Assembly (NCBI GenBank): GCA_963828735.1
Contig: CAWHFW010000005.1
Span: 480,001 to 544,000, forward strand
From: an uncultured Gemmatimonadales bacterium
GTDB lineage: Bacteria; Gemmatimonadota; Gemmatimonadetes; Gemmatimonadales; GWC2-71-9
Direction of reading: 5' to 3'
DNA: 64,000 nt
Shown: positions 1-9,716 of the stretch, one piece after another
Numbering within the stretch: position 1 is the stretch's first letter
Layout: every line of letters starts with the position of its first letter
Translations under genes and position numbers: made by a program
The notes under the pieces: generated by a model
Seen by the model: the letters and a program-made list of their open reading frames with translations, nothing else
Told to the model about the DNA's origin: nothing
Databases searched by the model: none

Positions 1-96
1 TGAGCGGTCGGTCGGGATGGACGACGCACCTGGCGGTCTCGCCCTGCTACGGCGCGCCGTCCATCAAGGTCGGCCGCCACCGTCCGGCCGATGCGC

Positions 97-2736
97 TCAG
101 CCTATCCCATCCAGCAGCCATACGTCCCCCCCGTGCGGCGCGGCGCGATCGAACAGCACGCGCCGCCCATCCGGGGACCAGACCGGGTAGTCGATTCTCA
201 CGTCCGGATTCGTGAACTCGAACACCCTGCGCGGCGGAGAGCCGTCCACCGGATAGGCCCAGAGCGTCCGGTGTCCGCGCACGTCGAGGATGATCGACTG
301 GTCGGGTGACCAGGACATGTGCGCCCCGCTCGCGATCTCGGGCATCGGGGTGACCGTGCCCTGCTCTACGTCCACGCGCACGATGCGAGTCTGCGTGCCG
401 CTCTCGGCCCGGTAGACCACGCTGCGGCCGTCGCGCGTCCAGCGGATGAAGTGCCCGCCCGCCCCCGTCGAGCCCACCCGCCGCTGACCCGAGCCATCGG
501 CATTCATCATCCAGACCTCGGTTCGGCCGAGCCGGTCGGACATGAAGGCGATGGACCGGCCGTCGGGCGAGTAGAACGGGTTGGTCTCCATGGCCGAGGC
601 GTCCGTCAGCCGGACCAGCCGCCCGTCCCCCACGGTCACGGACCACACGTCGATGTTGCCGGCGCGGGCGGAGAAGAACACCAGCGAACGCCCGTCGGGC
701 GACCACTCGGGCTGATAGTCGCCACCCGGGCCGCTCGTGAGCCGCCGGTCGGCACCGGTCGCCACGTCGTGCAGCCAGATGTTCATCTCGCCGAGCCGGT
801 CGGAGTTGAACGCGATGGCGCGTCCATCGGGGGACCACGCGCCGCGGCTCTCGACGCGGGTGGTCAGGATCACGGCCGACGGTGGACCGGTAGGCTCCCC
901 GGTGATCGGGGAAACCGGCAGCTGCCAGACGTCGGAGTTGAGTCCGCGCACGGCGAACGCCAGGCGGTGCCCGTCCGGCGAGGGCGCGGGCTCGACGTCG
1001 TCGCCCGCCCCGGTGGTGAGCTGCTGGGCCGAGCCCGCCGCGCGTCCGTCACCGTCGAGCGGCGCTCGCCACACATTGATGCCGCCGCCCCGGTTCGATG
1101 CGAAGTAGATCCATTTCCCGTCCGGCGACCACGCGGGGTCGAGATCCGTCGCCGCGTCCTGCGTCAGGCGCGCCAACGCGCCGGACGCGACGTCGGCGGT
1201 CAGCAGATCGGAGGTGGTCTTCTCGATGCGCCGGAACACGAGCCGCTGCCCGTCCGGGGACCACCGTGCCCCCGCGTGAATCACCGCCTCGCTCGAGTCA
1301 GACGTGAGTTGCCGCGGATTGAGGCCGCTGCTGTCGCTCACCCAGATGCGGCGCGGCCCGGCCCAGGAGGCGTCGAAGGCGAGCCGGGTCCCGTCGGGCG
1401 ACCACGCGGGCGCAAACGCGTTGGTGACGACGCGGCTCGTATCGCCCGAGGCGACCTCCACCGTCCAGATGTCGCCGCCCTCGAAATACCAGCCGTTGAG
1501 ATCGGCCGGCTCGAGCTTCCCGCTGTCCGCCGTCGCGCGGACGAATGCGAGCCGCCGGCCGTCAGGCGACCAGGCGGGCTGGATGTCGTCGCGGGCGGCG
1601 TGCGTGAGCCGGCGCTCCTCGCCGGTCGCGAGGGTCCGGAGGAAGATCTGCCGGTATCCTCCCGCCTCCGCCACGTAGGCCAAACGGGTCCCGTCCGGCG
1701 ACCAGGCGGGCCACTCCTCGACGCCCTCCGCGGTGGTGAGCTGCGCCATCTTGCGATTGAAGCCCGACGCGACGGTACCGGCGGCCAGCCCCGCGGTGCT
1801 CGTCCCCTCCCCCCGCCTGAGCAGGACCACGCTTACGATCGCGACGAGCGCGAACGCCGCGAGCGGCACACCCCACGCCCACGGAGTCGGCCGGCTCGCG
1901 CCCGCTTCGTGCTCCAGCGCGGACGCCAACTCCGCCGCGGTCGTGTAGCGGTCACCCGGCGCCTTGGCCATCGCCTTGCGCACGACGCGCTCGAGCGATG
2001 GTGGGACGCGCCTCCCCGCGTCGCGCAGGGGAGGCGGGGCCTCGGTCATGTGCCGCGCCAGGATGGCGTGCGGGGTCGCGCCCGTGAAGGGCGGCCGGCC
2101 CGCCAGCATCTCGTAGAGCACGCAGCCCAGCGAGTAGAGGTCGCTCCGCGCGTCCACTTCGACTTCGGCGCTCGCTTGCTCCGGGCTCATGTAGCTGGGC
2201 GTGCCCACCACCATGCCACCCGTCGTCAGCCGTTCGACGCCGGCCTCGGTCGTCCGCGCGATGCCGAAGTCGGCGACCAGCGTGCTCCCGTCACCCGTCA
2301 GGAGGATGTTCTCGGGCTTGATGTCGCGGTGGATGACCCCGTGCTGGTGCGCATACGCGAGCGCCTGCGACGCCTCGCGCGCGATGCGCAGCGCCTCGGC
2401 CGTTTCGAGCCGCGGCTTCCGCTCGAGCCGCTGGCGGAGGGTCTCGCCCTCCACGTACGGCATGGTGAACCAGAGACGACCGGTGGTCTCGCCCGAGTCG
2501 AACACCGGGAGGATATGGGGATGCTGGAGACGCGCGGCGGTCTCGATCTCGCGCAGGAACCGCTCCGCCCCCAGCTCGACCGCGAGCGACTCGCGGAGAA
2601 CCTTGAGGGCCACGAGCCGTCGGTGGTGCAGCTCGCGAGCGAGATACACGGTGGCCATGCCGCCACGGCCCAGCTCGCGCTCCACGATGTAGGTGGTGGC
2701 GAGCGCGTCAAAAAATGCCGAGTTGTCGGAGGTCAC
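97..2736 (-). CDS. Hanks-type Ser/Thr protein kinase fused via a TM helix to TolB-like PD40 beta-propeller repeats
   Basis: GRGGMATVY, VALKVL, HRDIKPEN, DFG, GTPSYMSPEQ motifs; hydrophobic helix VPLAAFALVAIVSVVLL; many PAWSPDG repeats. Start set at GTG 2736; the upstream ORF extension is shadow. Confidence 0.93.
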   Translation of the reverse strand: MTSDNSAFFDALATTYIVERELGRGGMATVYLARELHHRRLVALKVLRESLAVELGAERFLREIETAARLQHPHILPVFDSGETTGRLWFTMPYVEGETLRQRLERKPRLETAEALRIAREASQALAYAHQHGVIHRDIKPENILLTGDGSTLVADFGIARTTEAGVERLTTGGMVVGTPSYMSPEQASAEVEVDARSDLYSLGCVLYEMLAGRPPFTGATPHAILARHMTEAPPPLRDAGRRVPPSLERVVRKAMAKAPGDRYTTAAELASALEHEAGASRPTPWAWGVPLAAFALVAIVSVVLLRRGEGTSTAGLAAGTVASGFNRKMAQLTTAEGVEEWPAWSPDGTRLAYVAEAGGYRQIFLRTLATGEERRLTHAARDDIQPAWSPDGRRLAFVRATADSGKLEPADLNGWYFEGGDIWTVEVASGDTSRVVTNAFAPAWSPDGTRLAFDASWAGPRRIWVSDSSGLNPRQLTSDSSEAVIHAGARWSPDGQRLVFRRIEKTTSDLLTADVASGALARLTQDAATDLDPAWSPDGKWIYFASNRGGGINVWRAPLDGDGRAAGSAQQLTTGAGDDVEPAPSPDGHRLAFAVRGLNSDVWQLPVSPITGEPTGPPSAVILTTRVESRGAWSPDGRAIAFNSDRLGEMNIWLHDVATGADRRLTSGPGGDYQPEWSPDGRSLVFFSARAGNIDVWSVTVGDGRLVRLTDASAMETNPFYSPDGRSIAFMSDRLGRTEVWMMNADGSGQRRVGSTGAGGHFIRWTRDGRSVVYRAESGTQTRIVRVDVEQGTVTPMPEIASGAHMSWSPDQSIILDVRGHRTLWAYPVDGSPPRRVFEFTNPDVRIDYPVWSPDGRRVLFDRAAPHGGDVWLLDGIG

Positions 2737-2972
2737 GGCGCCACGACTGCCTCTCACGGGTGAACACTCAACAAGTAGCACATCCTCACTGCCCGGGCTA
2801 GCGCGATGACGCTGGACGCGCTCCATCGGCACCGGGAATGCCACGAGCAGTGGACCGTTGAGCAGGCTGGCGCCCGGGGAATAGCTCACAAGTCTCGCCG
2901 GGCGAGCCGGCGATCGGTCGTCGCCCGGCGGAGAAGGTCGAGGAAGAACGGGAGGTTGAGCTGGAGCGCCGC

Positions 2973-3587
2973 TCAGGACGGCGAGCGCCCGAGGGGGACA
3001 CGATAGGCGCCATCGCCGCCCGCGGGTCTCCCGGCGGTCAGTCGATCGCCTTCCTTCAGGAATACGCGCGAGCCATGGACCCGGACCTCGACTCGCGGCG
3101 CGTCGCGAGGAATCTCGATGGCAAACGTATCGGCCAGACCATGGGTGTCGATCAGCAGCCGCGAGACCTCCGACGTGAACGCGGCGCGACCGGCTCCGGC
3201 GCGCACCAGGATGTCCGCTCGGTCCGCGATTACGATCCGCGCCTCGCCGGCCGCGGCGCCATCGAACTGGATGACGAGTGCGTTGCCCGGGGCCACGGCG
3301 ATGCCGGCCCCTTCCCGGCGGGGTTCCTGTGGTCGGGCGGGCGCGGTCGCCTTCGGACCCTCCTCGCTCCACCCCTTCATGACGCCGGCGACCCAGCTCC
3401 GAAGGGGCGATGCCGGCAGCGCGAACGCCGCTCCCGCGATCCCTGCCGTGAGGAGCACGGCCGCCGCCCACCGTACCCGCGAGGGACCGCGCGCGGCGCG
3501 CCCAGCGATCTCCTGGGCGGTCACCGCCGGAACCGGGTGGTCCAGGACCCGGAGCAGCTCGTCGATCCGTCCGTCGTCAATAGGCAT
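2973..3587 (-). CDS. putative anti-sigma factor (single TM, C-terminal extracytoplasmic domain)
   Basis: ATG 3587 overlaps the ECF sigma stop; short N-terminus, TM WAAAVLLTAGIAGAAFAL, then a beta-rich C-terminal region. Confidence 0.7.
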   Translation of the reverse strand: MPIDDGRIDELLRVLDHPVPAVTAQEIAGRAARGPSRVRWAAAVLLTAGIAGAAFALPASPLRSWVAGVMKGWSEEGPKATAPARPQEPRREGAGIAVAPGNALVIQFDGAAAGEARIVIADRADILVRAGAGRAAFTSEVSRLLIDTHGLADTFAIEIPRDAPRVEVRVHGSRVFLKEGDRLTAGRPAGGDGAYRVPLGRSPS

Positions 3588-4140
3588 CGGCGTCCCCGTA
3601 GAGCTCCCGGAACCGTTCCCGCGCCCGCGCCAGCAACGTTCCGACGCTCGCTTCGTGAAGCCCGAGCCCACCGGCGATCTCGCGGTAGCTGAACCCTTCC
3701 GCCTGAAGCAGCAGCATGCGCCGGTCGCGCTCGGACAGCCGGTCGATGGTCTCTCGCACGTGTCGGCGCATCTCGTCGGTCGCGAGCGCCTGATCGGGCG
3801 TCGCCGGCGGATCGGCCGAGGTCGGCCCCCCCCGCGACCCGGCGAGCAGGCGCAGTCGGCGACGGCCCGTGACCCGGGTGTTCCGGAACAGATTCATGGC
3901 AACGCTGACGAGCCAGGCCTCGGGACTGTCGGGCATCGTACCCCGGCGATACAGGCGCACGAAGGCCTCCTGCGCCAGGTCCGCGGCCAGCTCGGGATCC
4001 CCCGATAACCGATCGAGGTACCGGAAGAGACGCGCGAAGGTCGCGTCAAACACCGCGGTGAACTGGTCGTGGAACGACGTCGTCTCCAGGAGCGTGTCCC
4101 AGGAGGAGCCCGGCAGCGGGCGTCTTGTGACGAGTGACAC
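3577..4140 (-). CDS. ECF RNA polymerase sigma factor
   Basis: region 2 LAADLAQEAFVRL / AWLVSVAMN; region 4 LLLQAEGFSYREIAGGLG...SVGTLLARAR; start uncertain. Confidence 0.92.
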   Translation of the reverse strand: MSLVTRRPLPGSSWDTLLETTSFHDQFTAVFDATFARLFRYLDRLSGDPELAADLAQEAFVRLYRRGTMPDSPEAWLVSVAMNLFRNTRVTGRRRLRLLAGSRGGPTSADPPATPDQALATDEMRRHVRETIDRLSERDRRMLLLQAEGFSYREIAGGLGLHEASVGTLLARARERFRELYGDADAY

Positions 4141-4149
4141 GGGATCGGC

Positions 4150-6411
4150 TCAGTACTGCCAGTCCAGACCCACGACGAGGGGCGAGAACGGCCGCATCTC
4201 TACGGCGCCCCGTGCTCCCGTGGATGGATCCGGCGCGAAGGCCAGCACGTTGCTGCGGCCGAGCAGGTTGGTCATCGTCCCGAACACGGCGATGACGGCA
4301 TCCCGTCCGGCCACACGCAGGTGAAAGTGTTGCCGGACGCCAAGGTCGAGCCGCAGGTATGGCGGCAGGCCGGTGGCGCCGAGCTCGGCACTCTGATATC
4401 GAGGGCTCCCGGCAAGCTCGCAGGTCTTGTCGAGCAGGTTGCAGGACTCCCACTCGACGGCGCCGGACGACTGGGTCCCTCGCCTGCCCGCCGACCCGAC
4501 GAGACCGATTCGTACGGAAGAGGTGGCCGTGGGAAAAACGATGGCTCCGGCCGACAGCAGGTGTGCGGTGCCGTATTCCGGTGCGTAGCTCACACGGTCG
4601 TCGCTGAGGCGAAGGCGCTGGAAATCGTAGCCGGCCACGACCGCGTAGCGTTCGGTGCCGAACGAGGCGTCGAAAGAGCCACCATAGGCCGTTCCCGAGC
4701 CCGTCGCGAAGCCCGTGGTGCCGAACGGCTCGCCCGAGCGTGTCGCGACCAGCGCGAGGCCGTCGAGTTGCCGCGCGTACGCCGAGGCGCCGAAATGAAG
4801 TCCCGCCGAAGGACGGATCTCCAGCGCGAGCACGGCGAGGTCGCTCCGGGCAACCGGGACGCCCGCCCCGCTCCCAACGAAGAAGTCCGCGGGAAAGACG
4901 TTGCCGATCAGCGACTCCGGATTCCGGAACGACTGGCTGAGCTGGTGACGGCGGATCCAGCTCGCCGACAGGTGGACGTCGGCGTCTGGCCTGTACTCCA
5001 GCCTCACGCCGGGATCCAGCCATATCCCTTTCGCCCCGACCGTGGCCGTTGCGCCCAGCTCGAGCCCGACCCTGCGGGTGAGCGCGCGGGTTTGTCGTGC
5101 GAACACACTCGCCGTCGGCGTCCGTGCGAGCAGCTCCCACGACGCGCTGCCGGAGTCCGGCACGACATCGTAAGCCGTCAGGCTTCGCTCGAAGCGCACA
5201 CCGAGCACGGTGCTCGCCCTCGATCCACGGCGCTCGACGGCGGCGAGCCCGCCCAGGTCGCTCCGCGAGCTCGCCATGCCGATAGGCCCGGTGGCCCCGA
5301 GCCACGACGCGGTGGCGCCGGTCGTCGCGCTCCAGCCCGAGAGGCGAACGGCCCCGGACCTCGTTTCGCGCCGCCACTCCCCACCGAGCGAGGTTCCTTT
5401 CCACTCGAAGCGGTTCCTCGGTGGCGGTGGCATTGGCGACGCCGGCTCGGTCTCCGCCACCGCGGCGGCATTGAGCTCGTTCTCGTTGTCATACGCGAGG
5501 AGGTGCAGCTCGCCGCCCGCGACGGGCACCACCAGCTTGGCCAGCTCGTCTCCGGTCTCGCCGCGGATGCGTGACGGATCGGGCCCGCCGCCGACGCCTC
5601 CGGGGAACCCCGATCGAATGCTGGCGAGGAACCCGGCGCCGCCGATCCCGACCGGACCATCCACCGTGAGGCGGCCTTGTGTCGTGCTCAGCGCGCCCTG
5701 GGTCCGGACCCGGTCGCCTGGCGATCTCGTCGCGCCGGAGATCACGCCGGAGAGGCCGCTCGCCGCATCATCGGCCGCTCCGGTCGGTGACAGGCTGACG
5801 CCTGCCAGCGCGTCGGGATTCCACGCGGTGAACAGGCCTGCCGAGTGATAGGGGCTCAGCACCGGCACCCCATCCAGCGCGTAGGCGGTCTCGTCCGCGC
5901 TGCCGCCGTACACGTGCACGCCGCCCGGCGACTCCGGCTGCAACACCACGCCTCCACCGGTCAGAGCCTCCAGGGCGTCGGGCTCGGCGAGGAGCGGATG
6001 GTTGCGAATGGCGGCGATCGAGAGAGCCCGACCGGGCAGCGACGTCGTGTCCGCGTCGAGACCGCGCACCGCGACCGGCGGTCGGACTTCGATCGTGCGA
6101 AGCCGGCGCGGGGACGGGTGCAAGGCGATGGTGATCTGGAGCGTGCCCTCGCGCGGGACCAGCGCATGCATGACGCGCGGCGCGTACCCGATGTAGCGCA
6201 CGGCGAGGTGCTGCGGGCCCGCCGGGACCTCCACGAACACGTACCGACCTTCGGCGTCCGCGGTGGTGACTCGGCTCAGATCGGAGAGCACGACCTCTGC
6301 CCCGGCGATCGGCGCACCGGTCTCCTGGTCACGGATGGTGCCCGTGACGACGGCCTGAGGCGCCTGCAGCAGGGTCGCGGCCAGATAGGCGAACGGCGGG
6401 AGAACTGTCAC
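4150..6411 (-). CDS. TonB-dependent receptor with N-terminal carboxypeptidase-regulatory-like domain
   Basis: VTGTIRDQETGAPIAGAEV domain, plug-like VYGGSADETAYALDGVPV, LPPYLRLDL, C-terminal aromatic residue (LDWQY); GGAG RBS before GTG 6411. Confidence 0.85.
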   Translation of the reverse strand: MTVLPPFAYLAATLLQAPQAVVTGTIRDQETGAPIAGAEVVLSDLSRVTTADAEGRYVFVEVPAGPQHLAVRYIGYAPRVMHALVPREGTLQITIALHPSPRRLRTIEVRPPVAVRGLDADTTSLPGRALSIAAIRNHPLLAEPDALEALTGGGVVLQPESPGGVHVYGGSADETAYALDGVPVLSPYHSAGLFTAWNPDALAGVSLSPTGAADDAASGLSGVISGATRSPGDRVRTQGALSTTQGRLTVDGPVGIGGAGFLASIRSGFPGGVGGGPDPSRIRGETGDELAKLVVPVAGGELHLLAYDNENELNAAAVAETEPASPMPPPPRNRFEWKGTSLGGEWRRETRSGAVRLSGWSATTGATASWLGATGPIGMASSRSDLGGLAAVERRGSRASTVLGVRFERSLTAYDVVPDSGSASWELLARTPTASVFARQTRALTRRVGLELGATATVGAKGIWLDPGVRLEYRPDADVHLSASWIRRHQLSQSFRNPESLIGNVFPADFFVGSGAGVPVARSDLAVLALEIRPSAGLHFGASAYARQLDGLALVATRSGEPFGTTGFATGSGTAYGGSFDASFGTERYAVVAGYDFQRLRLSDDRVSYAPEYGTAHLLSAGAIVFPTATSSVRIGLVGSAGRRGTQSSGAVEWESCNLLDKTCELAGSPRYQSAELGATGLPPYLRLDLGVRQHFHLRVAGRDAVIAVFGTMTNLLGRSNVLAFAPDPSTGARGAVEMRPFSPLVVGLDWQY

Positions 6412-6573
6412 GCCGGCTCCGAGGTAATCCGCCCCCTCAACATTCGCGAACAGCCCCGGTCCGACAAGACGCCGGTTCCACGTCGTCACCGACCGGTGGC
6501 CGCGGGCGCGACCCGGTCGATGGCGCGCCTCTTGCCCCCTGGGCCCGCCGTCCCTTTTCCAGGTGTCGACAAC

Positions 6574-7227
6574 ATGCGGAGTTATGTCGCGGTCCGGGCC
6601 GTCAGGGCGTCACGTGCGCTGGCGCTTTGCGGCGCTGTCGTGCTCTCGGCCTGTGGCGGCGGCGCTCATTACGCGCAGGTTCCTGCGCGCCTGCAGGTGG
6701 CGCCCTACGGACGGGTCGCGATCGTGACTTTCGCCACCGATCACTCGGGCGATTCGCTCGAGGCGCTCGCCACCCGGCACTTCGCCGAGGCGGTGCTCGA
6801 AAGCCAGTCGAATGTCGAGCTGCTGGAGCTCGGGCCCGCCGACTCCACGGTGCGTCGGGTCGGTCCCGCGGGTGATGCGGCCGCGCTGGCGCAGGCCCTC
6901 GGCAAGGACCGCAACGTGTCGGCGGTCTTCCTGGGCAACCTGAAGATGTCGAGCGTGAAGCCGCGCGGGGTGGTGGCGAGCGTCCGGGATCTTCGGGTGG
7001 GCGCGGAAGTGTCGGGACAGCTGACGGTAAGTCTCGTGAATGCGAGCACCGGCGGGACCGTCTGGCGCTCGAGCGCGATGGCGAGCCGGACCGTCGGGCG
7101 GGTCGCGCTGGCGGACGCCCACCCGTCGGTCGCGGTGCGCGATCCCAACGACGCCTACGGTGAGATCGTGCGCGAGCTGGTCGCGGGCGTCACCCACGAC
7201 CTCCGTCCCACCTGGGTCAGGCAGTAG
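6574..7227 (+). CDS. lipoprotein, CsgG/LpoB-like fold suspected
   Basis: lipobox VLSAC; VAIVTF and LTVSLVNASTGGTVWRSS patterns. Confidence 0.65.
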   Translation: MRSYVAVRAVRASRALALCGAVVLSACGGGAHYAQVPARLQVAPYGRVAIVTFATDHSGDSLEALATRHFAEAVLESQSNVELLELGPADSTVRRVGPAGDAAALAQALGKDRNVSAVFLGNLKMSSVKPRGVVASVRDLRVGAEVSGQLTVSLVNASTGGTVWRSSAMASRTVGRVALADAHPSVAVRDPNDAYGEIVRELVAGVTHDLRPTWVRQ

Positions 7228-7242
7228 GGCGCACGGCGGGGG

Positions 7243-8052
7243 TCACGCGACCTCCGCCATCATCCGTCCCGCCACTTCCTTCACGATCTTCGCGGCCACC
7301 GTCGCCGTGAGCCCGCCGATGTCGCGTCGCGGGTTGTACTCGACGACATCGGCGGCGACGAGATCGCCGTCCAGCTGCTGCACCAGCGACAGCACCTCTC
7401 GGGTCGCAAGTCCGCCCGGCTCATGGTGGCTCACCCCCGGCGCGAACGCCGGATCCAGACCGTCCAGATCGATCGACAGATAGACCTTGCCGCTGGTACG
7501 CGGCCGCGTGCCAGTGAGCCACGCCGGCATGTCGATCACCTCGACACCGAACCGGTCGGCCTGATCGCGCTGGTGGCGGTTCATGGTTCGGATCCCGACC
7601 TGCACGAGGCGTGTCGCCAGTCCTTCCTCCATGATCCGCGCGAACGGGCAGGCGTGCGAATAGCGGTCTCCCTCGAACACGTCGTACAGATCGGAGTGCG
7701 CATCCACGTGCAGGATGGTGAGCGGCCCGTGGGCTCGTGCGACCGCGCGGACCGCCGGGTAGGTCACGGAGTGGTCTCCACCGAGCGCGAGCGGCCGCCA
7801 CCCATCGGTGATAACCTGGGTGACACCCGATTCGATGAGCGACCGCGCATCGGCCGTGGGCGGCAGGGCCAGATCCCCCGCATCGGTCAGCCCGCCGGGC
7901 CCCAGCACCTCGCGCAGCCCGTGCGCCCAGGCGTTCGACGCCGGCGAGTGCAGCGCGGCCCGGATGAGCACAGGCGCCTCCGCCGGTCCCCGGAGGAACG
8001 AGGAGCTGGCGTCGTACGGCAGACCGACCAGTCGCGGCCGGCTCGCTGTCAC
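7243..8052 (-). CDS. speB: agmatinase / ureohydrolase (arginase family)
   Basis: GLPYDASSSFLRGP, GGDHSVT, DAHSD, SIDLDGLDPAFAPG, VEYNP; GTGA overlap with the upstream gene. Confidence 0.88.
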   Translation of the reverse strand: MTASRPRLVGLPYDASSSFLRGPAEAPVLIRAALHSPASNAWAHGLREVLGPGGLTDAGDLALPPTADARSLIESGVTQVITDGWRPLALGGDHSVTYPAVRAVARAHGPLTILHVDAHSDLYDVFEGDRYSHACPFARIMEEGLATRLVQVGIRTMNRHQRDQADRFGVEVIDMPAWLTGTRPRTSGKVYLSIDLDGLDPAFAPGVSHHEPGGLATREVLSLVQQLDGDLVAADVVEYNPRRDIGGLTATVAAKIVKEVAGRMMAEVA

Positions 8053-9542
8053 GCACCCGCCTCGACCGCGGCGGCCTGCTCGCCTAACACGCGAAGGGCC
8101 AGGTCGATGTTTCGCCGGTGCGTTCGGAATGCGAGCGCGACCATCCGAAGGGTGAACCGGCCATCGAGCATGGTCGAGGAGAGGAAGATCCGGCCGTCGC
8201 GCCGAACGCCGTCCACGATCCGCCGGTTCATTCGGTTGGTCTGCTCGAGGTCGGCCCCCGGCGGCGCCCACCGGAAGGTCACGATCGACAGATCGGGCGG
8301 CGGCCCCGTCTCGTAGCCCAGCGCCCGAACCTCCTCGTGGAAGTAGCGCGCCAGCAGAAGCTTCTCGTCGAGCGCGGCCCGGAACGGCCGGGTGCCGAGG
8401 AGGATGAGCGGCAGCCACATCCGAGGCCCGCGAAAATGCTTCGACAGCTCGGCCGAGAGGTCCGCGGGAGACCGTTCGGTCGGGTCGGGGAGGGCGTCCT
8501 GCATGTACGCGCCGGAGTATTCGTGCGCGGCGAGGAGTGGCGCCGCATCGCGGCAGAGGACGATGCCCGATCCGTATGGGAGGAACAGCCCCTTGTGCGG
8601 GTCGAGGACCACCGAATCCGATCGCTCGATGCCGGGGAGCACGCGCCGCCCGCGATCGGTGAGGAGAAAGAAGCCGCCATACGCCGCGTCCACGTGGAAC
8701 CAGCAGTGCTCGCGCTCGGCGACGGAGGCGATCGCATCGAGCGGATCCACGGCCCCGGCGTCTGTCGTCCCGGCGGCGGCGACAATGAGCCAGGGCCGGA
8801 GGCCGGCCGTGCGGTCGGTCCTGATCGCCTCGGCCAGCGCGTCGGCCCGCAGTCGATGGCGTTCGTCCATCGCGACGTAGCGGAGCTGGGCCCCGCCGAG
8901 TCCGGCGATCCGCAGCGACTTCTGGAGGCAGTGATGCGCCTGGGTCGTGAGGTACACGACCGCGCGTGCCACCTCCGCACCGGCGATCTCGTGCGCATCG
9001 CGCGCGGCGCACACCGCCGCGAGCGTGGCGATGCTCCCGCCCGACGCGATCGCGCCCGCGGCCGCGGGCGGATACCCCACGAGATCCGCTACCCATCGGA
9101 CCAGCATGTTCTCCATTCGCGCGGCACCGGGCCCGGCGAAGAAGACACCGGAGTACTTGTTGCTGACCGCGGCGAGGAAGTCGCCGATCGCGGAGTGGTA
9201 GAGGCCGCCCCCCGGGATATAGGCCATGTGCCCGGCCGAGGCAGGGTTGGCCCCGGGACGCACGACCTCACGCTCGAGCAGGGCTATCGCGCGCTCGAGG
9301 GGGATTCCGTGCTCGCCGATGGGCGCCTCCAGCAGGCCGGCGCCCTTGTCCTCGGTCTCCTCGTACGCGTGGAGGTCGTCGATCCGACGAAGCAGGCGCT
9401 CCGACGAGGCCACCGCCGCGGTGCGGAGCCGCCGTCGGCGCCCGGTGCCGGGGTCGAGCGGCCGAGAGGCACGCTCCAAGCGGCGGAGCTCCGCCAGGAG
9501 TTCGGCACGCTCGGCCTCGGGAGATGGGGTGAGTGGCGGCAT
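8049..9542 (-). CDS. group II PLP-dependent amino-acid decarboxylase (AADC-like)
   Basis: HMAYIPGGG, SGGSIA, AGTTDAGAVDPL, HVDAAYGG, DPHK (PLP lysine). Confidence 0.9.
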   Translation of the reverse strand: MPPLTPSPEAERAELLAELRRLERASRPLDPGTGRRRRLRTAAVASSERLLRRIDDLHAYEETEDKGAGLLEAPIGEHGIPLERAIALLEREVVRPGANPASAGHMAYIPGGGLYHSAIGDFLAAVSNKYSGVFFAGPGAARMENMLVRWVADLVGYPPAAAGAIASGGSIATLAAVCAARDAHEIAGAEVARAVVYLTTQAHHCLQKSLRIAGLGGAQLRYVAMDERHRLRADALAEAIRTDRTAGLRPWLIVAAAGTTDAGAVDPLDAIASVAEREHCWFHVDAAYGGFFLLTDRGRRVLPGIERSDSVVLDPHKGLFLPYGSGIVLCRDAAPLLAAHEYSGAYMQDALPDPTERSPADLSAELSKHFRGPRMWLPLILLGTRPFRAALDEKLLLARYFHEEVRALGYETGPPPDLSIVTFRWAPPGADLEQTNRMNRRIVDGVRRDGRIFLSSTMLDGRFTLRMVALAFRTHRRNIDLALRVLGEQAAAVEAGA

Positions 9543-9716
9543 CGAGGCCTCGAAGTTAATCGCCCCCCGGGGAGACAGAATGGCCTCCGAGTCGGCGCCG
9601 GGCCTGGCTCCAAGGAGGACGGATGGCTTGCCCTCCTCCGTCGGTGGTCCTAGAATTTGCCCCGCGCCGGGCCGCATCGAGCGGCCGGCGCTTTCCCGTA
9701 TCCCAAGAGGGCCATC

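Noticed and set aside
319..2763. Long antisense or alternate-frame ORFs (e.g. 319-2763, 49609-51993, 54460-56628, 60587-62830)
   Set aside because: Arg/Pro/Gly/Ala-rich shadow ORFs expected at high GC; each lies opposite a motif-supported gene.
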